From positions 404,922,001 through 404,986,000 of the forward strand of contig CM097882.1 of NCBI GenBank assembly GCA_044892505.1: 64,000 nucleotides of DNA, written 5' to 3'. Position 1 is the first letter of the stretch. The number at the start of each line of letters is the position of its first letter. The translations under genes and the position numbers were made by a program. The stretch is from Schmidtea nova. Its lineage: Eukaryota. Of the stretch, positions 1-12,143 are shown piece by piece. The notes below the pieces were generated by a model, which saw only the letters and a program-made list of their open reading frames with translations, did not search any database and had not been told where the DNA came from.

Positions 1-954
1 TAAGTAACCTTGATTTGACAAACTCCAGAATATATTGAAGACTGTATTGACGGGTTTTAAACTTCTAACATCAAGGCGTCGGTGCATCTTGATAAGCTAC
101 ATTGACAATACAAGTAAGGTAGAAATAATACCATTAACAATAACAATACAAATTCAAACTCTCAACCTGAAGGGCCTTGTATATTTAGGTGACTTATATA
201 ATTATTTTACTGAAACCCCAAAGCTTGTTGATTTATTTCATTTAAATAATAAATCATTTAAAACCTTTTAATAAAGGGTTTCTCGGGCTATTTCGTCATC
301 TTCTCACTTAACTTCGTCAAGTAAAAAAAATAAATATTATAAAAAAAAAGTTTAATTAAAAATAACTTCCATAAAATAATGCATATTTTATTATCATATG
401 AAATATGTTGTACACCTCTAGTGTGCTGAAGTATTTTCAATTTACATAAATCTTTAGTGCATTTTTTTTTATTTCTTTACTTGACCAAAATGCCTGAGAT
501 AAGAACGAAGTTACATGAAACGATGACTAAATTGCCTGGGAAAACCTGCAATTCTATCATTAATTTTCATCTTTGATCTTTTTTCAATTTCATATATTCT
601 CTTCATTTTGAAAATAAAGTTAGTTAATTAACTATTTCTTTTTTAAAATTAATGTTGAAAATTTATCAATTAGTTAAGGGCTAAAGCTTATCTACACACT
701 TTACTACTAATCTACACTCTTTATTACTAATTACATTTAATTTTTGGTTTTTCTTATTATTTTGTGTATGTACTGTGACTTTTTAAAACTCGGACTCGGT
801 TTTCTTTATTTTTTTATTTCTTATTTGTAATATTTCCTTTCAAAATATGTTTTTTGTATTGGTGTTTTTATAATATGTAGATTAGTAATTTGGTGTGTAT
901 AGTGTTAGTACATTTTAGCAATATAGTGTTTATATTAGTAATGTAGTGTTTATT

Positions 955-3313
955 CAGTGGAACCTTGCTTAACGAGCATAATTCGTTCCAGAATGTTCCT
1001 CGTAAAGCGAAACACTCGTTAAGCGAATCAACGCTTCCCATATAAATTAATGTAAAATACGATAATTCGTTCCGTGCCGAAAAAAATACTCAAAAATTTT
1101 ATGTACATATACATTTATTGAATGAAAATTATATACATGATCATGTTGTTAAGGATGGTAAATCATCTTGATCTTTCCTTCTGTCGCGGAATAAACCAAC
1201 CTGTAATACGAATTCATTTTACAAAATTTAAAAAGTATTCGAAATAATAAGTTTGTTGTAATGATACATAACTAATTTTTTTTACTAAAAAGCTGTCTAG
1301 TGACGTTTGTTTTTGGCGACGCTTCAAAATTTGGTGAAAAGGCAATACAGCATTATCATTAAATAAATTTGTAGCGCGCATAGCTATTGCTTTATTGGGG
1401 TGATATTTCTCAATGTACGACGCAACAGTTTCCCATGATTTCAACATTTCTCTTATTGCGCCAGAAGATTGCTGTTTTATTGTTTCCTCCTCCTTCTCTG
1501 ACATACTCTCCTCCACAACTTCTTCTTGAGAAACATAATGTAACTCCATTAGCTTTTCAGTGGTCAGCTCTTGGCTGTGCTCTTTCACAAGCTCGTGGAT
1601 ATCATTGCCATTTACCTCTAGTCCCATAATCGTGGCCAAAGACACGATCTCGTTAACTACAGACTCCACAGTTACCCCCTCAAAGTTACATTCGCCATTA
1701 CCATCTGGCCAAAGTTTCTTCCACGCAGAAATGAGAGTTCTCTTGGTAACTGCCTCCCATGCCGTTTCGATCATCTTGAGTCAGGCAACGATGTGGAAGT
1801 GATCTTTCCAAAACTCTCTGAGAGTGAGATTGGTCTTTTCAGTTATTTCAAAGCAGTGCTCGAAGAGTGCCTTAGTGTAGAGCTTCTTAAAGTTCGAAAT
1901 AACCTGCTAGTCCATAGGCTGGAGTAAGGCAGTGGTATTGGGAGGCATGAAATGGATCTTGATGAATTTGAATTCTTCAACGAGATCATCTTGTAGGCCT
2001 GGAGAATGAGCAGGAGCGTTATCCATAACAAGCAAGACATGTAACGGCAGATTCATATGAAGTAAATATTTTTTTCACAGAAGGACCAAACACATTATTG
2101 AGCCAATCAGTAAAAAGGTCACGTGTCACCCACGCCTTTTTGTTTGACCTCCACATCACATTTAGCCTGTTTTTTTGGACTTTACACTTCTTGAATGCTC
2201 GTGGGGTTTCAGAATGATAAACAAGCAGCGGTTTAACTTTCAAATCGCCGCTTGCATTGGCACAAAAAAGCAGCGTGAGGCGGTCTTTCATTGGCTTATG
2301 CCCGGGCATTGCATCCTCTGCAGTAATATAAGTTCGCTTCGGCATCTTTTTCTAGAAAAGACCCGTCTCGTCACAATTAAAAATTTGTTGCGGCAGATAG
2401 CCATTAGAATCTATGAGCTTCTTGAAGTCACCGATGAAGTTCTCTGCTGCCCTCTTGTCGCAGCTTGCTGCTTCACCATGCCTCACAACGCTTTGGATGC
2501 CGGTTCTTTTCTTAAATTTTTCGAACCACCCATGACTTCCCTTAAATACTTCTTCTTCGGCCGTTGATGTTCTTGGCTTCTTCTTTACTAGGTCGTCGAA
2601 AATCATTTTTGCTTTCTCACAAATGATGTTCTCGTTAATAGAGTCGCCTTGTAATTGCTTCTCGTTTATCCATATAAGAAGCAGCCTTTCAACATCGTCG
2701 AGAACACGTAACCGTTGCGTAGATATTCTTGTAACTCCTTTTGAAGCATCTATCTCCATAATATTATCCTTGTTTTTAAGGATAGTACAGATCGTAGATG
2801 TAGACCGGTCGTATGTGCGCGATAAATCCGCTACGCTCACACCCCGTTCTCGATTTTCAATAATTTTACGCTTCGTTTCTATGGGTATTTTTATTCTCTT
2901 ATGGCTGTCTTCTTGCGACTTTTTTTTCGGCGACATTTTGCAAGGTTTATTGATTTTACAATAAAAATCACAAATAATTATTAAACTTTATTTAATTATT
3001 ATTAATAATTATTACTAAAAAAATCAAAAAAAACATTGTATAAACACGGGTTTGTAAAAATTTATATCATAAGCAAAAGATGCTAGCGGAACAATTGTAA
3101 ACACATACTGATGTATCCATAAATAATGATAACAAGAATGCTGCAAATATTTTTGTTTTTAAATTTTTGTTTACGTTAATTTTTTTTACAATCCAGGACT
3201 TTCACTCGTTATGCGAAAAATCGTTCGTTAAGCGAGTCGTTTTTTTACAATTTATTTTACTCGTTATGCGAATTTCTCGTTATAAGAGGTGCTCGTTAAG
3301 CGAGGTTTCACTG
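955..3313 (-). mobile_element. Tigger/pogo-family DNA transposon with broken transposase (2936->1214)
   Basis: TIRs CAGTGGAACCTTGCTTAACGAGCA / TGCTCGTTAAGCGAGGTTTCACTG, TA at right end. ORF pieces give CENP-B-type HTH, FKGSHGWFEKFK, IFNCDETGLF, DRLTLLFCANASG, WRSNKKAW; split by a stop and frameshifts. Lies upstream of the first visible DNAAF4 exon, probably intronic. Confidence 0.95.
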
Positions 3314-3696
3314 TATTAGTAATAGTGTGTGGATTAGTAATATAGTGCGTGAGGACCACATTAAAACGTTTGGTATAGTATTTCATTTTTGTTTATTGAT
3401 TCACTTAATAAGTGGGATGTCTCTGGCTGTGGGTTGCACAGTTCCAGGATTATTGACAAAATACAAAAGGGTATATTATCCACGAACAGAAAATTTAGCT
3501 CAAATGAGATTAAGATGGAAACAAGTATTATATTTTCTGTAATCGGGCAAACACGGAGGTATGTCGAATTTTGCATAAAATAGGTTGAGTAAACATCAAT
3601 CAAACCGTTTGAAATACATAACAACCATCCTTGAACAACATTGTCTACACTTTTGTATTTCACTATTTCTCATCAATATTTTATAATTGCTTTTAG

Positions 3697-3990
3697 TGGT
3701 TACAAAAGCAATTGAACATCAAACAACAGAATACCATAAAAGTCACAGCTGACATGAAACCCGAAGAGAATAACCCCGAATGGCTTAAGAACAAAGGAAA
3801 GTAAGTTATTTTCTATCAATATTTAACTAGTTATGTAATCTTTAAGCTTCACCTTTTGATCTATTTGTATGTTATATATAATAATCGTATTTAATTAAAA
3901 ATTTGTATTGAATTTGAAAAAAAATAATATTTTAAATTTATAGTTTGATAATATGAAAATATTTAATATGAAAATTTAAGAACTCCAATA

Positions 3991-4051
<61 letters not shown>

Positions 4052-5604
4052 CCGGACCTACCAAAAGTCTCCAGTCAGGTAGTTATTTACATATTGCAGT
4101 TTATAATGAACAGCAATGGGAACAAATGTCACAAACACACATGAATACTGAATGTCTGTAGTGCTGAGGGAGTTAGTACTTCGTTAAATTACCTTTCATC
4201 TGGATAACAAGGCGCTCTCGTTTAGGTATTGTATCGACCACTTTTGCCAGGAATTCAAGGGAGATGTGTGACTACTCCTCATGCAGATCCGTTTCCAGTT
4301 CGGAGGCGTTACGGGCAATGGGAATCCTTTTGCGAACTCACCTACCAAGGACGTCCCACAGAAACTCAATAGGATTCAGATCAGGGCTTTGTGAAACTCA
4401 ATCGAAAACGTCGATGCTGTGTTGCAGAAAGAATTCCTTCATAATGTGCGAAGTATGGATTGGTGCATTATCTTGTTGGAAAATGAGCTCAGAAGTTTAG
4501 GGTGTCCTGGACGTAGCTTGTTAACATGTGTCTGCTCCTGGCTGTACTTCCTAGCAAAGTAGTTAATAGTTCCTTTGGGATGGACAGTAAATGCAGCAGT
4601 TTCACTCTGACTTTTTCCACAAAGGTAACATCCGTGAATAATGCCTTTCTGAAAGTCTGTAAGCTCTCTCCACATAGCCATATTATAAGAAAATGACAAT
4701 CCTTCATTAACATGACTCACTGTTATCACTGTTGTGTATCTGGTGTGAGTAGTCATATTCTAAGAAAGTGACAATCCTTCATTAACATGACTCACTGTTA
4801 TCACTGTTGTGTGTCTGGTGTTAGTAGGACGACCTTATGGAAAAAAGGTACTTTAATGAAATAATGAATGAAGAAGTGGATGAAGAAATGGATGACCCTT
4901 TGGAAGAAGGTTACCCCTTCAAATTCGACCAACGTGGCTACTCCAAGAGCAAACCTAATGCTGATCGATATAAGATGATATCAATCATCTCAGAAATTAG
5001 GAAACAGCTTAACACTAAAGGAATCTTACTTGTGAAAGAAAATATGATCCATACAGAGATATGGTATCCATTCGTCTTACAATTTAGATATAAAATTCAG
5101 AAATGCCTCAAAGTTCCAAAGAGAAAAATGATTGAAATTATCAAAGAAGCCCAGCAATATCATAAAACTAATAGCTTAGCTGAGCTTATTTCTCCTACTT
5201 TAGAAGAATTTGATAAAGAGTTAGAACTCTATTGCAATGATGAAAATCTAGGAATTATCAGTGAACATTAGTCCACTACTTTCAAATATTATGGCCACCT
5301 GCCTGATGGTAATATTATATTAAGCATTAAAAAACTTATTATTTCAAGACTGAGCATGCTCCTCTTATAGCTTTGATTAGCCCCTTGTTTTCATTGAAAA
5401 CACGTGTTTATTAGATAAAACTTTACTTTTTTATATTCTGTGTTTGTCTGTGTGTGAGTGCGTGCGTGTGTACATTTGTGCATGAAGCATGTTGAAGGTG
5501 TTGGTGACCTTTGTTCCCATTGCTGTTCATATTTGCAATGCAGACATTAATTATAAACTGCAATATGTAAATAACTGCCTGACTGGAGACTTTTGGTAGT
5601 CCGG

Positions 5605-5662
<58 letters not shown>

Positions 5663-7484
5663 CTATATGGAAAACATTTTGAGCCTAACAGCGTCTCCTT
5701 TAAAATCTATGTTAGTTCTTTTATGTAATGTATATGTAATGGTACGCTATTTTCTTTCGAAAAAAGACAATAAAATTTGAAGATTTCAATTTTCCTTATA
5801 ATGTCTATATGACCGAGCATTTCCATTTTAAATAATATTCTTTGTAGGGCCTCAGACATTCCAATTTAATAATGACATTAATTTATTAATTAAATTATTA
5901 ATGTATTATTAAATTAAATAACTTTATTTAAAAACCTTGTTTAAATAATCATAAAGAAGTCATATATCTTTTTATCGAAAAATCATCATGGCCAACACAC
6001 TCCAAAGAGAACTTGCAATTATCGAATCTGCTCTACAACCCGATACAATTACTGATAAAGTCAGAAAAGATGGAAGAGTAGTCAACCGGAAATGAAACTA
6101 CGCTAATTTCAAAATAAAAGTCAATAGTCCATTTCACATGTAAGATGTAGTAATGGAGAACAAAAGCATTCATACTAAACTAGAGTCACTATTGGCTCTT
6201 GTTAACAGTAAAAACAACAGTCAACATTTTTGTTTTGGCGGAAGACGACTGTTTATTACATCCAAACGGCATCTAGGCGAAGATGCTGAAAACCTTACAA
6301 TCAATAATGTTGAAATATCCATACAATTGTCAACTACAATTTTGAAGAATTTCAAAGAATATTACCAAATGATCAAACTCAGAAAGTGGAGGTATTAGAG
6401 TTGTTCCGAGCTTTCTAAAAATGGACAATTTCGAGATTTTAGGAGGATATTCTACTTTAATTACGAGTGGAACAAACGAGAATGGAACAGCATCTACTTT
6501 GTTGTACCGTGAAAGAGTTAACCATTTTCTCAATGAAAACAGTTCCATGTTAGTTTATAGACCAGATCAAATCAATCTATTAATCGGGAGAGATATCCTA
6601 ACGAAGTGCAACAAAAAGACGACAAAATCTGTTGATTTGAATAGAATGTTTTTTGTAATTAATCTTTTTCTGTTCATAAAATTTATTTTGTCACACTAGT
6701 GTACTATATCGAATTATAACTAAAGAAAAATACAGATAACCCTCGTTTAACGCGGTTGTTAAACTAAAATTATTTTAAATGTTAGATAATTTTTTTTCAA
6801 AATATAATTAAATTTTTAACTTCTTTTCTTATTATAATTTTTTTATTATATGTAAATTTTTAGTTTTATTTAACCCGGTTTTAGATTACACGGGACCAGT
6901 AAACCGCGTTAAACATGGGTTGCCTGTACACTCATTTTGAAACATTTTTCTTGGTAAAATGGTTGAAAATTAGTTGTCAGGTTCGAATATGATATATTTT
7001 GTTACAATCAATGCTAACGTGAAATTAAGATCATGCTATTTTTTAGTAATCTCTTTGCCGCTGGTGATTACGGAGGGGCTTTGGCAGCGTACTCTCTTGC
7101 TCTCGAGATCAATCCAAATTTACATGAGTAATTTTCAATCAAAACTTTTCAACAGGCTTTATCTCTTGTCTAGATTTTATTCCAACCGAGCTGCCTGTCA
7201 TATCAAAATGAGAAATTTCTTCAAATCAGTTGAAGATGCTTCAAAAGCTCTGGAACTACTAAATCCTCCAGTAGCTCAGAATCTCAAATCTAGAATTAAA
7301 GCTCATTTAAGAAGAGGAGCTGCTTTTTGTAATTTGCAAATGTACAGAGAAGGTGACTTTTTATCTTCATGTCTTTTTAGCTTGAGTTCTATCATTAGGT
7401 CTTTTGGATTACGAAGCTGCCTCGAAACTGGATCCAGACAACCAATCAATTATAAAAGACATCGAAAGACTAAAAGCGATTTGA
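3697..7484 (+). CDS. DNAAF4: Dynein axonemal assembly factor 4 (DYX1C1), last four exons: 3697-3800, 7047-7127, 7174-7352, 7399-7484; 5' exons not found in window
   Basis: Phase-compatible GT-AG splicing gives WLQKQ...[32 protein letters not shown]...[32 protein letters not shown]...[34 protein letters not shown]..., matching the C-terminal TPR region of DYX1C1. Two 46-nt introns; AATAAA at 7525. Confidence 0.92.
4050..5606 (-). mobile_element. Internally deleted Tc1-family transposon inside a (TA)n tract, in a DNAAF4 intron
   Basis: Long TIRs (CCCCGGAC.TACCAAAAGTCTCCAGTCAGG...). Minus-strand remnants [12 protein letters not shown] (HTH), FQQDNAPIH and [11 protein letters not shown] at about 4175-4682, with stops and a large deletion. 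Confidence 0.9.
4837..5271 (+). CDS. 144-aa ORF of unknown function carried inside the Tc1 TIRs
   Basis: Uninterrupted ATG-to-stop ORF in AT-rich DNA; no motif recognised. Confidence 0.35.
   Translation: MEKRYFNEIMNEEVDEEMDDPLEEGYPFKFDQRGYSKSKPNADRYKMISIISEIRKQLNTKGILLVKENMIHTEIWYPFVLQFRYKIQKCLKVPKRKMIEIIKEAQQYHKTNSLAELISPTLEEFDKELELYCNDENLGIISEH
5850..6699 (+). repeat. Degenerate copy of an uncharacterised coding repeat family (CTCAGAC leader, [15 protein letters not shown]-terminus)
   Basis: Leader and N-terminal codons are shared with 31660-32400; ORF broken by stops and frameshifts. Confidence 0.45.
6733..6926. mobile_element. Tigger/pogo-type MITE
   Basis: TIRs CAGATAACCCTCGTTTAACGCGG / CCGCGTTAAACATGGGTTGCCTG, flanked by TA on both sides. 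Confidence 0.85.
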
Positions 7485-7688
7485 TTTGAAAATATTTTTG
7501 TACCGTTTTTTGTTTTAAATGAAGAATAAAATGATTAGAAGACAATTTCTCACAATTTTGTTTCTTAAATAAAGAAAATCAAATAAAAATCGGTTCAAAA
7601 GTTTGAATTTTGTCAGATAAAACCACTCAGACATTCCAATTAAATTATTATTATTATTAATTTATAATGTAAAATGAAAAGTAATAAT

Positions 7689-7859
7689 TGCACAATAATT
7701 GGCATCATTATATTATTGTTTTTATTTTTTTCTGTATTTTTTATTATTATTTTTTTTATTTCTGTGTAAAATTAAATTTTACACAGAAATAAAAAAAATA
7801 ATAATAAAAAATACAGAAAAAAATAAAAACAATAATATAATGATGCCAATTATTGTGCA
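7689..7859. repeat. 171-bp essentially perfect palindrome
   Basis: Arms TGCACAATAATTGGCATC...GTGTAAAATT and AATTTTACAC...GATGCCAATTATTGTGCA are reverse complements with a 1-nt centre. Confidence 0.95.
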
Positions 7860-7987
7860 TCATGACCAATTACATAATAGGTCAATGGCAACGTAATATT
7901 TAATTAAATATATTACGTTGCAGTATTTATGTAAGCTTCAAATAATTTAGCGTTAAATAAATCTAGTCAATCTATTTCTTTTTAGCA

Positions 7988-8400
7988 ATGAACGCACAAG
8001 CTATTGCTGTTATATTAAAAAATATTGAGATCTTCCCTAGGTATTCGGTAGAAGGAGACTTTGTTAATGGGAGAGTAATTCGAATTGAAGAGTCCACTGG
8101 TAGGAATCTCCTCGCATATGGGTCAGTTACTTCCCCTGCGTTAACAAGGTATAGCTTAAGATATATGATGTCATCAGAAAAAAATCGCAAAGAGTAGCTA
8201 CTTGGACTAGAAGGCCACTCTGGTGAAAGCTTTCGGTCTAAACCCGTTCGCTGTATTCAAAGTATTTAAATCGATGAGATGGCAATCAGGCGAAACTGTG
8301 GACTCATATTTTGACTCTTTAGCCCGCCTTGGGGAGCTAGCAAGAATCGCCGATTAAGGAATCGTCGTGGCTTTCCAAACGCCAGTACATTGATTTCCGT
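7988..8400 (+). mobile_element. Gypsy-type gag remnant
   Basis: Frame around 8220-8355 reads LVKAFGLNPFAVFKVFKSMRWQSGETVDSYFDSLARLGELA, a retrotransposon gag motif (GExVxxY...L.RL); frameshifted. Confidence 0.6.
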
Positions 8401-9282
8401 AAGTCTTTGTTCCTCACGAGAAGTTAATATTCGTGAGCAGTGGAATGACGGTGAAAGAGCATTGTGACCAACTGGGTAACCCTGAGTTGAAAAGTTCCTT
8501 CCGAGTGGAATACAGGGTCAGCACCGTGAAACCACTGGGAAAGTTTCAAAATCATTCAAATATATATTACAGATACATTTTGAAAGAAGCTCGCCAAGAC
8601 ATCTTCTTGTATGATCTCATGAGCCGAATCAAGTTGTAACCCCGAATGTAAGGGTAAAACACAAATGCAAAGTAATTGACGTCAAGAATAAGAGAAGAAA
8701 GCAGAACCACTTATTTTTAATATATACGTTAACCATGGAGAAGCATAAATCTATTTTATTGAGTTTAGAGTGAGAGTGAAGACGCATCCCTTTAATTGAT
8801 GTTGTAGATAAAATGAAAATTTTTTAATTTATTAATAATATTTTACATTATTTATCACAAAACCGCCACATACTACCAAGCACATAACAAATAAAAAACG
8901 ATTTAAAAATTTTTATTAAATAAAATCGAACCAATAGGTTCGTCATGAAAGAATTTCCAGCATTTCGAACTCATTGAAAGTTTACGAAATCATAAAAATA
9001 AAGGAAAGTTACTCTCATTGCGAAATTTCTTGCGACGAAATCCTAGCGAAAACACGGAAATAAAATTCCAACATAACATATGACTAGGTGTTACTTGGGA
9101 ATATCTTGCCCCAGAGTAGGGAGGAAACCAGATCGGTCCCACGCAACGACGTTTGGCATTTTTAAAAAATTCCAACTTTAGAGTCGAAAGATAACTTTTG
9201 TCCCCATAAAATCGTTTTCAATTTAACAATTTCATGTCTATAATCAGCCGAGCTTACTGAGCCTAAAATCTTCTCAGAAAGC

Positions 9283-10469
9283 GGTATTAGTGAAGTTTAG
9301 CGCCCCCTTAAAAATTAACGCCCCCGGAACCTTTGGTTTAAATTACTCATTTGTTTAAATAATACATTATTTGGCACACTTTCAAATGATGAGCCGCTTT
9401 CGTTTAGTTACGGTAGAAGAGATATTAGACACGGATACCATTTTAAGTGAGAAATGGAATATGAGACAACTTGCAATTGAAACTCAGACAATTGACGCTA
9501 CGATAAGTTTTTTGGCAAAGCGGCGATTATTGGCAAATTACTTGCAATGCCCTACATGCCACCAACCTTACTCAGTCAGCAACTACGAAGCTGGAATTGA
9601 TCGTTGCCGTTGGCGGTGTGACAAATGCAAAAACTACACTCAGTCTATTCGGTCGGGTTCTTTTTTCACCAACAGTCATGCCAGTTTACCCGATTTAGTA
9701 TTCCTGTTATATTATTGGAGTCGGCATTTTCCCAATCATTTGACAATGGAAGAGTTGCAATTATCGAACAAAACAGTAGTCGATTGGTATAATTTTGCCC
9801 GTGATATCTGCGCTTATTGGTTGGAGAAAAATCCTGTTACTATTGGTGGATTTGACGAGCATATTGAACCGTACTTTGTGGAAATAGATGAGACGGTTTT
9901 ATGAAAGCGTAAGTACAATCGTGGTATGTCTTTACCGGAAAGATAGCTATTTGGTGGGATTCAGAGGGGCTCTCTGAAAAGCTTTTTTTCTTGTACCCAA
10001 TCGGAAAGCAGCCACGCTTTTACCGATTATTGAACAATGTGTCCTGCTAGGGTCGAGAGTAATCTCTGATGGTTTCGCGTCTTATAATGGAATTGGTCAG
10101 ATTGGGAATGGAATTTTCTCTCACGATGTAATTGTTCACGACAATAACTTTGTACATTCTGCCAACAGCGATATCCACACTCAATCAATTGAAGGTGCAT
10201 GGGAACGCTTGAAATGTGAATTCAAGAGAATGCAAGGCACTAGTGAACCACTGTTGCAAGCTCAAGTGAATGAATTTATGTGGCGGTGTAATATGGCTAA
10301 TGGTTATGATGTTTTCTCAAGCCTGGTAACATGCATTATTCATAAATATCGTGTTTGAAGAGAGTGGTAATTAATAAAACTCTGATTTGATGTATTTTTT
10401 ACGTATGAGCTTTAGGGGCGTTATTTTGTTCCTGACTATTAACAGGGGGCGCTAAACTTCACTAATACC
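9283..10469 (+). mobile_element. Merlin (IS1595/ISXO2-like) transposon, defective
   Basis: TIRs GGTATTAGTGAAGTTTAGCGCCCC and its reverse complement; degenerate 8-bp TSD CAGAAAGC/CGGAAAGT. Zn-ribbon CPTC...WRCDKC, SIRSGSFF, VEIDET, RKYNRG, HTQSIEGAW; nonsense codons present. Confidence 0.93.
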
Positions 10470-11209
10470 CGGAAAGTATATCTAGGTAAAGTACACAATT
10501 CCCCATCGTAGATTGTAACAATGTATCACTAAATAGGGCGATGGGTAAAATATCATATAATGTAAATAATAGAAAATACTTACTGAGAATTCCCAATATC
10601 CAAAAATACAAATACACTATAGGGATTTTAGTGTTATAAAATACAACAACCAATCAGGTTGCGATAATTTTTCCTTGGAAAGAAGATCAAAGGTTTTAGT
10701 ATTTATATGTATGAAAACTATATAGTGCTACTTTATACAATAAGGGTAATTTAAAAAGGGGGACACCGAAGATCTATACTTTCCGTAATTTAACTTGAAA
10801 ATTTAAAGATATTCTTTCGCAAAAATGTCAAGATAAAATGAAATTAATAGTAAAATTCCATGTACAGCAGCCGTTGCTAATGCCTCGGCGATAATTTAAA
10901 ATTTAAATTTTTGACGAAATTTTTAATATAATTATATATAATTATGTATAATAAAATTAGCATTTACAGCAAAAAAAATTTAATTTTTAAAATAAAATCA
11001 AATAATCAAAAATCGAGAAAGAAATAGCCGATAAAATTCAAACTCACCGGAAATCAAGTAACCTCGAAAAAGTATGTTTATTTTAAAAAAGCTTTAGCTC
11101 CCGAATTGAGTAGTGTACAGTCTTATAAAAGATTTATGTTTATAAATAACTTGTTTGCATGGTATGATGCAGTAGGTCGAATGGTTGAAGTCGTATAAAT
11201 ACTGAATGA

Positions 11210-11611
11210 ATGTCTGATTGGCACAATATAATTGGTGTCTTTTGTTTAATCCAGATAAAAACCAAAATCGATGAACTGTTAAAGAAAGCCGTAGAAAATG
11301 CGCAGTGCAACCGGCGTATCGACATTCAACTCGCTGATATGGAAGCAGAACGGAAGATGAATGCGGACGCCTTAAGGGAAAAGTTCCGGTCCGGTTATCA
11401 TTCCATGGAGGCGACATGGACCAGCAAGGAAGGCGTGGATAAACTAAAGAGGCAAATTCAAATCCTCCAGCAGCAGGCTGCAAAAGATGCAGTGCAATTA
11501 AGGGTGTACAAAACGCTGGTCAAGGACAAGGAAACAATAATCACAAAAATGAAGGTGGAAAGCGGTATTATATCAGCCGTGGTTCCCAAAAATAACTTAC
11601 CCACGTTATAG
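11210..11611 (+). CDS. Probable coiled-coil small protein inside LTR copy A, antisense to the element; likely spliced with an acceptor at 11254
   Basis: 133-aa ORF rich in K/E/Q/L heptads; TTTGTTTAATCCAG acceptor and upstream ATGGTTGAAGTC|GT are in frame. Confidence 0.45.
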   Translation: MSDWHNIIGVFCLIQIKTKIDELLKKAVENAQCNRRIDIQLADMEAERKMNADALREKFRSGYHSMEATWTSKEGVDKLKRQIQILQQQAAKDAVQLRVYKTLVKDKETIITKMKVESGIISAVVPKNNLPTL

Positions 11612-12055
11612 TTATTTCCTGCTCGTGACAAAGATTAAGTGCTGGTATCTCAGGATCCAGTCCGACCAAAGAAATAGAAACCAAGCAAATGTGCTCGAGG
11701 ACACCTCAAACTCAAAAAAGAAGCTCGCTTGCTAGGTCAGGTCCGGAAATTGAATTCCGAGTCAATTGACCTCACAATATTGTGAAACAATCTATATCGA
11801 AATGTTATAAACTTTTGTCTGCGTATCCACATGTATCTTATTCATTGTATACTTTGCTTTGTGAAGTATAAATTAAAATTTCCTTGCCTAAAATTGATTT
11901 TCATTAATATCATTAACATCCCCCATTTGTTTCATTATCAACGTTTCATTGTGACAGGCAACAAGATGGTTAAGCTAATGTTTTATGTGTTGAGTTGTTG
12001 ATGTGAACCATAACAACGTCAGGGCCATATTGACAATCAACAACCCATCAATAAA

Positions 12056-12058
<3 letters not shown>

Positions 12059-12135
<77 letters not shown>
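12059..12135. repeat. (TA)n microsatellite (others at about 3994-4049, 5607-5660, 16414-16439, 20719-20777, 49991-50074, 51857-51913)
   Basis: Direct reading. Confidence 0.95.

Positions 12136-12143
<8 letters not shown>

Larger units (their letters stand above)
8830..12050 (-). mobile_element. Giant-LTR family copy A (inverted, diverged, 3' part missing, interrupted by Merlin)
   Basis: 11921-12050 is the reverse complement of the family 5' block (TGATGGGTTGTTGATTGTCAATATGGCCCTGACGTTG...). Weaker collinear motifs continue leftward (CTCAATTCGGG, GAGGC..CAACGG, GGTGTC, ACTATATA, ATTGG). Left boundary approximate. Confidence 0.65.

Noticed and set aside
6974-7489. 171-aa ORF as a stand-alone gene
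   Set aside because: It is intron read-through around one DNAAF4 exon; the spliced model explains the homology.
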